The notes under the pieces: generated by a model
The model's input: only the letters and a program-made list of their open reading frames with translations
What the model was told of the DNA's origin: nothing
Database searches by the model: none
Program-made: the position numbers and the translations under genes
Part shown: positions 37,081 through 48,704 of the stretch, one piece after another
Numbering within the stretch: position 1 is the stretch's first letter
Layout of the letters: the number at the start of each line of letters is the position of its first letter
NCBI RefSeq assembly: GCF_006345805.1
Contig: NW_021834404.1
Coordinates: 1 to 48,704, forward strand
Direction of reading: 5' to 3'
DNA from: Octopus sinensis
Taxonomy: Eukaryota
DNA length: 48,704 nt

Positions 37081-37654
37081 ACAGAGAGAGTTATATTTGA
37101 TAAGCTTTTGTTTCTATCGAAACGACATATATATAATTTCATGAATACGAAAGCATAAACTCTATTTTTTGTTTGTTATATTGAGTACGAATATTCAAAG
37201 AAATTTTCCTTCCTTTTATCTATATCAGAATCTTGCTTCACCCATATTTCATTTGCGTATCTTCTTTCGTTTTGGCCACGAGGTGCCTAATTTGGTCCTT
37301 ACACATTGGGAGAGGCTATGCTTAATTACTTTCAACGTTGCTGTGTTTTGTCAACATCTGTTAAATGTACGCGGCCATTATATCTATTTGTAACTAATTG
37401 TTTTCTCATATTTTATGTTCTTCCAGAAGTACTTCACATTGTCATTTTATCAAACGGGCATCTTCATCATATGGTCTCTTAGAAATCTCGTTCCTTTTTA
37501 ACATTTTCAGTAAATTATTGAATATTACAGACACATCCTACAGACACACGCAAATACAAGCAAAGACACATACACTCAGTTCATACATATATTCAGAAAT
37601 ATATATACACGAACACACATCAATAAGCCAATAGATAAATATATTAATGCATAT

Positions 37655-38725
<1,071 letters not shown>

Positions 38726-39519
38726 TCGCGTGTACCACAGCGCTTCATGCTGAGAGCTTCTTTGCATGTCTTTACGTAGAGTAGTTCGCCGTAACAAGCA
38801 GAAGGCAACACTCACATGATTCACACAGTTGTTCTCCCAGCAAGTAGCTTCCACGTTATTTAGTATTTATTAAATTTCCTCTTCTCAGCTTCGAGTCTTC
38901 TTATGCTGAAGCTGGCTGTAACTGCAAAATGCTTCAGTATTATTATACATAGATATTGCTGGCGTCATATCTTACCCTTGTTAGAGCTGTTATTGTCGTA
39001 TTTGTCGACATTATTAACGTCAATGCCGTTCAACGCCGCCATTGATGTTACCGCTCTTACGACTGTCCTGTCGCCATTTTCGTCACCATCATCTACTCAT
39101 CTTTGTTAATATTGTTATCGTTATTATTGCGTTTCTTACTTGGCAATAAGGTGAATGTATCAAAGACAAAGCCCTCGTGTAAGTATGTGTGTGTCAGTGT
39201 GTCTGCGTGGGGTATGCTTGTGCGTTTGTGCGAGCTTCTGTGTGTGTTTTTACGCGTGTCTATATGTGTTTGAGTGTGTCTGTGTTGGGTGTGTTTGTGG
39301 GTTCGTGCGTGTTTCTGTCTATGTGTGTTCGTGTGTGTGTATATGTGTGTTAGTTTGTCTGCATAGGGTGTGTTTGTATGTATTTGTGCATATGTGTCTG
39401 TTTATGTGTGTGTGCGCGAGCGTGCACGTCATACAATCGATTGAATCGACCAGGTTGTATTACTGGTATATGTAATGAGTGTCTTCATACAGATTCTACC
39501 AATCTCTATTTAGTAGTTA

Positions 39520-39725
39520 TCCTTTATTATGTTTTCAAATCATTAAACTGCGGCCATGCTGGAGCATCGTCTACAATAATTTCGGCTGAACGAATCGAAC
39601 TTCGTACTTATTTTTTGAAGATTACTACTTATTCAACAGGCCTATTTTGCTGAAACTCAAAGTTAAGGGGACGTAAATCCACCAACACTGGTTGTTAAAA
39701 GTGATGGAGGGAGGACAAACATACG
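39520..39725 (-). mobile_element. Decayed SINE family A tail
   Basis: ttcaaatcattaaactgcggccatgctggagcatcg ... accaacactggttgttaaa. Confidence 0.75.
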
Positions 39726-39756
<31 letters not shown>

Positions 39757-39759
39757 ACG

Positions 39760-39813
<54 letters not shown>

Positions 39814-40202
39814 TAAATATATGTATATATATATGCATAAATATATATATATATATATATATGTATTACATCTATAAATAGATAGTCACATATGTGGAGA
39901 GATGTATAATATATCTATCCATCCAACATATAAGCATGCATACATACATGCATATATACACATACATACATGCAAACATACATACATACATACATACATA
40001 CATACATACATACATACATACATACATACATCATGGGTTATCGTATGTTTCGTCTCACTGAGGTCGATAACGTTCCTATCACTTATAATGCGATTGTAAG
40101 ACATCAACATTTGGTAAATTCATGAAAACTAATCCAGATGTTTAGAGGTCATTAATTTACTTGATCACTGTCACACGTGGTTTACATCTGCCACAGATTT
40201 TT

Positions 40203-40353
40203 TTTTGTTAATACTACTGTACAGTCACTGATATTGTTGCTTTTTAAAGCCAATTGTACCCTTGATTATGCCCCCTAAAACACAATCATATATTGTGAAT
40301 TGCGCGTTAAAGAAGCAAAACGTAATGATGTGATACTAATTCTTTTCAAAGAG
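40203..40353 (+). repeat. ~150-bp direct repeat, copy 1
   Basis: Aligns to 41745-41886 at about 80% with one 10-bp indel. Confidence 0.88.
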
Positions 40354-41744
40354 TGTTAACACTCTAAAACCTCGAGAGTGGTTCATCGATGAGGGCCTTG
40401 TTTTATAGAATAGAGTTTAGGTCCATTTTATTGTGTATAATATTAACAAATTGTGACACAAAATTATATTATTGTTTGCTGTCATCGAAAATAACGTGAA
40501 TGAACTCAAATAACAGTAACAGAATGTAATAAAATAAACATTTTCAGAAAGAGTCCTTATGCTCTAGTGGTAGCTGTTTTATAGCAATAACGGAGAAGAT
40601 TCTGGGGGAAAAAAATTCTATTGAATAGTGTAAAATATTTCCTTAGCGACTGAATATTTAGGAGTATTCTGAATATTCAAATGAAAGCCTTTGTGTTTCT
40701 AAGCAGGACAGAATCATTTTAGATTTAATTAATTATGCAAATGGTTTTTCTTCTTGCAGCACTTTGGTGCTAAAGGTAGCGAATCTCGACGGAAATAGCA
40801 GCTACAAGAGAGTAATAATGTCGACTTGATTGCCCCAGCTGTCAATCAAATGTTGAATGAATAATATGGTATCATTGTACAAGAGACAACAAATAACAGA
40901 AGCACAAACCACATTAGCACGAAGTGATGAAAGGTTTGCAAATTAGAAGTTATTTTCAGTTTGCAATAGAACTGTTCCTAGGGTCTGAGCAAAGGAATTT
41001 TGTATTTGAGCAACGCGTGATGGTTATGCATATGAAGAGAGTAAACGAAATATATAAACTGGTTGGCATAAAAGGAAACGTATTGGATGATAACCATCAA
41101 GACTGTTCACTATCAGAATCGCAACATCTAGAATCATTTTACTTGAATCATTTTGCTGGTACCTCTTCAACTCCAAACATATAATGATATGGATGTCTTG
41201 CAAGAGAATTCAAATGATCAGTCTGATATTTAAGTTTGATTTAGATTACAAACAGAAACGTAATTTTATTAAGGAAGTGGATTCGTAGTAAATGTTATTG
41301 TAAATAAATGACTATTTTTTATCATAAATTCTACGTAAGGATTTATGGGTACCAACGCATTTATTTAGGTATTTATTTACTCTTTGAGCTGTTTGTGTTC
41401 CCTCCGGTTCCAGATACCAAGCAGGACAGCTGTAAGGTGGATGGAATACTTGACTTGTAAATAAGTTAGGAGAAATAACCACTGATTACGCGTTTTGGCT
41501 GCCAGGCCAGAATAAAATACATGGGTGGCACGCAAAGCAGTGGTGTAAAATATACAAACATTATCTCTATTCAAATATGATTGAGGCACATTAGATTACA
41601 TGTGAGTAACAACAGTTTATGTCATTAAATTCCTTCCATAGTTAAAGAGATTCGTACAAAGACGGTAGGCGTATAATACACACTATTTTCATTTTTAGCA
41701 AAGACACAGAACAGCATAATTTACCTTGTTTAATCTAATTTCAG

Positions 41745-41886
41745 TTTTGTTAATGCGGTTGCGCAGTCACAGATATTGCTGCTTTTTAAAGTCAAGTTTA
41801 CCCTTCATTATGCCTCCTAAATATATTGCGAACGATTCGGTAAAGAAGCAAAACGTAACGATGTGATATTAAATCTTTTCAAAGGG
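41745..41886 (+). repeat. ~140-bp direct repeat, copy 2
   Basis: Aligns to 40203-40353. Confidence 0.88.
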
Positions 41887-42699
41887 TATTTGTAAAAATA
41901 CAATTACAGTCTTTTAAATACTGAGCCTAAATCCACTGGGGACAATTTTGATATTCACTTCCTGCCACGGTCGATAAAATAAGTACAAATGTGATACTAG
42001 TTCTTTTATACACTGATTTAAAATGTCTAAACTAGTTCCAATGCGTTAATGTTAGCAAGCATTATTATATTCTTTGATTACACTGCCAAGCAGAGAAAAC
42101 ATCAGGATGAATGGTTTTGCCTTTGATTTATTTCATTTCTAAATAAGTCTATTTCTCCATTTGAACACAAAAATATATGCAAAATAGATAACATTATGAA
42201 TGATTGCATTAAAATAAATATGATTCATGAGACATGGCCATATGTTTCTCTCTGTATAAACTATTCAGAGGATTTGGGTATTGGTTCATTTGATGGAATT
42301 TATAACTAATACTAAAGGGAAGAATTTGTGAACGCATGAGATTTCATAATGCGGAGGATACGGTCATTTTTATATTAAATTGAAATGAATTAGGATAGAG
42401 GGCACAAGGCTCTGTACAAGTTTAAGGATGGAGGTGAAGTGTGATTGAGACAAAAGGGTGAGAAAGAAGTAGAGGAAATTAAAATACTGACAGAACTAAC
42501 TAGAGTGAAGAGGTAAACTGTGGTGGAAGTGGCAAGTGTAATTTAATTTAGACAATAGCGAATGTGAGCAAACACAGAAATGAAGCGCTTCAACATATAT
42601 TTTTGTGTGAGTTAGTGTGAGTATATATGTAACATATGTACATAGAAGAATATGTTTGTATATCTGAAATATATATGTACATATATGTGCCCGTGTGTG

Positions 42700-42989
42700 T
42701 ATAATGTGTGTGCAAACATGCATATATATATATATATATATACATGTATATATACAAATATATAAATATATATATGAATATATATATATACATATGTATA
42801 TGCATATATATATATATATACATATATATATATCTATATATATACATACATATGCATATACATAAATATACATATATATATACATATATATACATATATA
42901 TATGCATATATATGTATGTATTTATATATGTATATAAACATATATTGACATATATATACATATAGACATACATAAGTATATATAGATAC

Positions 42990-43024
<35 letters not shown>
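42700..43024. repeat. (TA)n/(CATA)n field
   Basis: Direct reading. Confidence 0.95.
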
Positions 43025-43026
<2 letters not shown>

Positions 43027-43289
43027 ACGGGAAGCTTTATGAAAATAAACAAAAGACGAAGGCAGGTGGAAAACAAACGAACAATTCTATTAGTATGGCG
43101 CTCAGGAAATATAAATAAAACAAGTCTTTAACCTTTCGAGCCTACGCTCTTCAACAGAAAGATACACAGAGAGAGAAAAACACAGAAAGAAGGAGAGAAA
43201 AAAATGCGTGCAGTAGCTAACGAATCAACATGGCGATCTGATTTCGGCCAGAGGTCAAAGATCAAACATGAGACGCGAGACCGAAATAA
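43025..43289 (-). mobile_element. Penelope-like terminal fragment, copy 2
   Basis: Reverse complement of 14503-14765; GAAACGTT changed to GAAAGGTT. Confidence 0.75.
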
Positions 43290-43346
43290 GGGGAGATAAT
43301 AGGGTTGATAAAAGGGTTGAGGGACCAGCTAAAAGTGCGTGGGAGG

Positions 43347-43394
43347 GGTCTGGATGTGTGTATGTATAGGGTTGGTGTATGTATTAGTATGTAT

Positions 43395-43429
<35 letters not shown>

Positions 43430-43565
43430 AGAGAGTATTACTGCGTAAGATTGGTCTGGACGTGCGTATGTATGGGGTTGGTGTATGTATTAGTATGTAT
43501 TAGTATGTATTAGTACGTATTGGTATGTATAGGTGTGTGTGTGTGAGAGAGAGTATAAGTGCGTA
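43347..43565. repeat. Two tandem ~105-bp units containing (GTATTAGTAT)n and (GT)n
   Basis: ggtctgga.gtg.gtatgtat.gggttggtgtatgtattagtatgtat starts near 43347 and 43453. Confidence 0.8.
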
Positions 43566-44369
43566 TGCGGGGTATATATTCAACTAGTAATTCTTCCATC
43601 CGTACTTCACCTCGGCGAGACGAAGATTAACAAGATTATGTTTTCCGTATCATTCACTAATAGTTATTGAGGAAAAATTACATGAACATCACAACTTCTT
43701 AATTTTCACTCACACTCCAACCGCCATCCCTCCCGTAACCCCCCCCCCCCCACACACGCTCACACACACATATCGCTTATAATACCTTAAAACATAAAAA
43801 AATAACGAACATATATTATTACTGGTTTATGTTATATGCATTTATTTATCTGTTGTTTTTTTGTCATATATTTCTTTGTTTTCTTCGCTGATATTTTATT
43901 TTTTAAATATTTTTTTTACTCATTATTTTTCTTCCCTGCATTTATCACTGTTTTCTCATAATTTTTGTTTTAAATCTTTTGGCATTTTGCTACTTGTTTT
44001 TGTTTTTTGTTTTTTGTTTTTTGTTTTTTTGTTTTGTTTTCCGTGCATACTTTTTTAACTTTATCTATTTCCCCTCCTTCTAACATGCCACCCCGCTCGT
44101 ATGTGTATTTTTTTTTTTTTTAGATTCATTTTCTGTTTCTTTTTTTTCTTCCTTCCTTTCTTTTCTCCTTTCTTCTTTATTTGTTTACGTTATAGGACCA
44201 GTATGATTTTGTTTTCAGGGGAAATATTAGAAAAATATTGATAATAGCATCTTAAAAACTCTGAAATGGCTTCCTAAGCATTTTATAGTAATAAAATTTA
44301 TTGATAACAGTTTTCTACATTCACAATTATTTACGTTTATTCCTATTATTTTTTGTTGTTGCTGTTATT

Positions 44370-44391
44370 GTTATTCCTATTATTATTATCA

Positions 44392-44442
<51 letters not shown>

Positions 44443-44550
44443 TATTACTATTATTATTATATTATTATATTATTATTATATTATTATTATCATTATTATT
44501 ATTATATTATTATTATTATTATTAGATTATTATTATTATCATTATTATTA

Positions 44551-44589
<39 letters not shown>

Positions 44590-44598
44590 TATTATTAC

Positions 44599-44632
<34 letters not shown>

Positions 44633-44655
44633 TATTATTATTATTATTATATATT

Positions 44656-44693
<38 letters not shown>

Positions 44694-44901
44694 CATTATT
44701 ATATTATTATTATTATTATTTTATTATTATTATTACTATTATTATATTATTATATTATTATATTATTATTATTATTATTACTATTATTATTATTATATAT
44801 TATTATTATTATTATCATCATTATTATTATTATTATTACTATTATTATATTATTATTATTATTATTATATATTATATATATATATATTATGTGTGTGTGT
44901 G

Positions 44902-44942
<41 letters not shown>

Positions 44943-45017
44943 GCATATCTATGCATACCTACATTTACGAATATATTCCTAAGCATATATACAAATACGT
45001 ATATCAATGTACAAACC

Positions 45018-45085
<68 letters not shown>

Positions 45086-45252
45086 ATACATATATACATA
45101 TATATATAGCATATATATATATAAATGTGCATATCTATACATACCTACGTTTATAATTTATCCCATTGTATATAAACATATATATGTATATCAATGTACA
45201 CACCCCACACACACACGGATATATATGTATACATATATATGGGTGTATGAAC

Positions 45253-45293
<41 letters not shown>

Positions 45294-45451
45294 TATAAAG
45301 TGTATATCTAGGCATACCTACATTTAAAATATTCCCTATGTATATATACATATATGTATAACAATGTACACCTCACCACACCACACACATGGATATATAT
45401 ATATAAGTATACATATGTGGCGAATTGTACATTGATATGCATATATGTATG

Positions 45452-45482
<31 letters not shown>

Positions 45483-45535
45483 TTATGTGTGTGTGTGTAT
45501 GTATGCATCAATAAATGTATAGATTTATGTATGTT
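44370..45535. repeat. (ATT)n then (TG)n/(TA)n fields
   Basis: Direct reading. Confidence 0.95.
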
Positions 45536-45764
45536 TGTATAGCTTAATAATTTGATTAAGTATGAGGGAAATTTTTGTGGATTTTTTTTAAACATTTGAA
45601 TATAAATCTCCTAATATGAAATGACATTTTAATTTACTCATCATCATGTTATTTATATTCCCTTCTCTTCTTAAACTCGCTGAATGCCTTCTCCAATATA
45701 AACTTATCAATTATTAGTATTATCATTCTTCTACTTATTCGTATTACTACTACAACTACTACTA

Positions 45765-45795
<31 letters not shown>

Positions 45796-46536
45796 GCTTG
45801 TGGTTGTTGGAGTTGGCGTTGTCGTTATGGTTGTTGTTAGACTGGCAATAGCAAATTTCATTTAGAATTATCATCCTGCTTTATTCCTTACGATATTACA
45901 TGCCATTATTATTTGTGGCTTCAAATTTTACCGAATATTTTTAACCAAAATCAACAGATAAATCATATTCCAATTAAAACGCAAACTTTTAAAAATATTC
46001 CATAAATTTTAATGTTTACCTTCATGTTTGTTGCTATATATATTATTTTTTTTGTTTGTTTTATGTGCATCGCCATTTTCCTTTGTCGTTGTTGCCGTTG
46101 GTGGTGGTGGTGCTGGTACTGGTGCTGGTGGTGATAGTGGTGGTGCTAGTGGTAGTGGCGGTGACGGTTTTTCTTAGTGATGTGAGTTTATGCATCTCCT
46201 GCTCTTTGCAAGCAAGATAGACATTGCAAACAGAAAATAATCCCCGTAGAGTGGTATCTGATTATATTCTGATAAATCTGGCAGCATTTTCAGCCAAAAT
46301 GGTAGACATTTTTGAGTATTTTTCAAGCATTTTTGCATGCTTCATTCCAAATTAAATTCGTTCATTCATTCCAAGAAACGATTCGTTCAACGATCTTATT
46401 TACTCATTCAAACGTGGTGATTATAACAGTGAATGGTTTAAAACATCTACTACATGTAAACGCAGTTCAGGTTACCTGTTATGTCTCATAAAGTGCAAAA
46501 AAATATTGAGAGGACTAAGTGCTTATTCTATTTCAG

Positions 46537-46622
46537 TAGCAGCAGCCGTTCAAGGATTTGGACCAGGAGATCTCCATTTCCAGCGACTTCGCGGGCCACC
46601 TCTCAGTGGTGTCGGGCGTTAA
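46537..46622 (+). CDS. Candidate last coding exon: (V/L/I)AAAVQGFGPGDLHFQRLRGPPLSGVGR*, possibly a small secreted amidated-peptide precursor
   Basis: Acceptor ctaag..gcttattctatttcag|; 57% GC island in AT-rich DNA; this frame has 18/27 A/T third positions and G-rich first positions; TAA at 46620-46622; AATAAA at 46958-46963. No upstream exon or homolog identified. Confidence 0.4.
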
Positions 46623-46716
46623 CTAAGAGCCCTCGACTACAAGACGTCCAAAGTTTTTTTTTTCAAGGTCTGGTGTCTCCCTCCCGTAAGCCCTAGACCA
46701 TCATCTAATCACCCTT

Positions 46717-46764
<48 letters not shown>

Positions 46765-46790
46765 GCAACAGCAGCAGCAGCATCGTCATC
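46717..46790. repeat. (CAA)n/(CAG)n microsatellite
   Basis: Direct reading. Confidence 0.9.
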
Positions 46791-47136
46791 ATCAGTCAAA
46801 ACTGTTACATCTTTCACCCTCTGCTTCTAAGTGTCTTGGATCCACCATCACGACCTTGATTTCAGAACTAGTGCTTATACCTCTTTCCTTTCCAAGTGTT
46901 TTGGAATAGATCTTATATCCTACTTCTCTGTGCTGCCAACCTCCCGATGAAAAACAAAATAAAAGCCTTGAACCCGGTTAGTCCCCCAACACTCTGGCAA
47001 TGTCCTGCAAAATGTAATCTTCTCTGCCGAATGATGATTGACAACTGAGGCAGGCCTTGCTTATATGATCTCTCCAGCTGATGCTAAATAGTCTTCTCAA
47101 TAACTTAGTATATGATACATCTACTTTTATTCCTAG

Positions 47137-47367
47137 GTTTCGTGTTGTGGTTTCAAGTTACTTTCTTGTTTTACTGAATACTTTCTACACATACTCAGAA
47201 AAATCTAAGCTTCTCTTTTCTGTCCATGTTAGAATTTCACATTTTGTCGAGATTATCTAATGCAGCTTAAATCAGTCCTTTTTTTTTACATTAAAAATAA
47301 TCCTTGCTTTCCGAGATATAACTGCCTGAATATTTAAAATGTTCCACGAGATCGGTGTTTTTACCAG
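47137..47367 (+). other. Candidate non-coding (UTR-type) exon
   Basis: Acceptor tacttttattcctag|g and perfect donor CAG|GTAAGT at 47367/47368; stops in all three frames. Confidence 0.25.
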
Positions 47368-47875
47368 GTAAGTATTTTATTTGATAATCATCATTGATTT
47401 CATCTGTAACAAGTTTTGTTTTGCTACCCTTAAGATGTAAACCAATAGATTTACTTCATGTTCAACGCGATGTAAAAACATGTAATAAATAACATTACGT
47501 ATGTGTGCGCGCGCGTGTATATGTATGTGTCTGTGCATTTTGGAAGACCGAACACAGTTAAAAGCGCTTACACGTATCCTACCTTCCACCATGTTTGTGT
47601 TCACATGTTCTTTTACATCATATGTGCGCGTGTGCTCTGAGAAGTGTTTACTCAGAATATTTCTTTCATCAGGTTTACGTTTATCTGTTACATTTAAACA
47701 TTTTATAATATGATAAATTTTAATTCAAGAATGTCTGCCTGCGTGCGGAAGCGTGTGCTTGTATGATTATCTATGCACGTATATATATATGTGTGTGTGC
47801 ATGTATGTATGCAATGCATGTATGTATGTATGTATGTATGTATGTATGTATGTATGTATGTATGTATGTATGTAT

Positions 47876-47951
47876 GTGCCACGCAGTGGGACTGAACTCA
47901 GAACCATGTGGTTGGTAAGCAAGCTACGTACCACACAGCCACTCCTACGCC
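47876..47951 (-). mobile_element. SINE family A head only
   Basis: Minus: ggcgtaggagtggctgtgtggtacgtagcttgcttaccaaccacatggttctgagttcagtcccactgcgtggcac. Confidence 0.9.
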
Positions 47952-48078
47952 GAGGTCGACTTTGCGTTCATCTTTTCGGAGTCGATAAATTAAGTACCAT
48001 CAACGCACTGGGGTCGATATAATCGACTATCCTCCTCCCTCAAAATTTCGGGCCTTGCGCCCAGAGTAGAAAAGAATA
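47948..48078 (+). mobile_element. Headless SINE family B with alternative tail
   Basis: cgccgaggtcgactttgcgttcatcttttcggagtcgataaattaagtacc ... aatttcgggccttgcgcccagagtagaaa. Confidence 0.9.
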
Positions 48079-48189
48079 TTTAAGAAATCCAAAATATCAT
48101 TCTCCAACTAAAAGACGAAATGTCGGTTGAATTAAATATTTTCTGTACAAAATATAGAGGCGGGGGTCAAGAGTCATGCATTACAACCA

Positions 48190-48300
48190 CGTTTTGGGTT
48201 CGCAGGGCGGCAAACTGGACAAGTGGCTTTAACAACAGCCCCGGGTCTAGCAATGCTTTTTGAGTGAATTTGGTAAACGGAAATATGTGAAGATCCATGT

Positions 48301-48358
<58 letters not shown>

Positions 48359-48625
48359 GTATATGTGTTTGTTTGTGTGTGTGTGTGCGTTTGTGTCTTT
48401 GTTTTGATATGTGTGTGTTTTATAGAAGTGTGATTATTGCCTACCACCGATTGACAACCGCTGCTGGTTTGCTTATGTTCCCGTAACTTAGTAGTTCAGC
48501 AAAAGACATCCATAGAATAACTAATAAACTTTTAAACTAAGTACTAGAGTTGATTTGTTCGACTAAATCCCTCAACGATTACCCCCAGTATGGCCGCAGT
48601 TTAAATGTATGAAACAAGAAAACAT
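48190..48625 (+). mobile_element. Decayed full-length SINE family A
   Basis: ttgagtgaatttggtaaacggaaa body, internal (TG)n, ttgacaaccgctgctggt and cagtatggccgcagt tail. Confidence 0.8.
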
Positions 48626-48704
48626 GATTAAATATATATGATTTAATACATAATTTAATTATGCTAATGAAGAACAGTGTCTTTTCACCAAATTTTATCA
48701 CAAA

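Overview
Eukaryotic, very AT-rich, repeat-saturated DNA. The SINE families and dense (TA)n/(AAT)n/(CATA)n microsatellites are what I recognise from Octopus genomes (inference; no search run). I found no complete, nameable protein-coding gene, and almost all of the supplied ORF track is translated microsatellite. Supported content: (1) about 30 copies or fragments of at least four tRNA-derived SINE families, labelled A-D here, including tandem multimers and chimeras; (2) decayed LINE fragments (two R4/Dong-like, one RTE, two L1/Tx1-like 3' ends); (3) Penelope-like terminal fragments, two families of which carry minimal hammerhead-ribozyme folds; (4) two copies of a 390-bp non-autonomous Helitron; (5) a 255-bp MITE with 72-bp TIRs and an AT TSD; (6) three copies of an unclassified ~540-bp (AAT)-tailed element; (7) a 3x152-bp tandem array. 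Best unexplained signals: a GC-rich exon-like segment at 46537-46622 encoding ...AAAVQGFGPGDLHFQRLRGPPLSGVGR* (possible amidated peptide precursor); family-B SINE multimers that share one junction; a 380-bp cluster of 11 TAATCC and 9 GATA sites; and a double-palindrome hairpin at 33186-33260. All functional claims are hypotheses. Identities and counts were done by eye and boundaries of decayed repeats are approximate.
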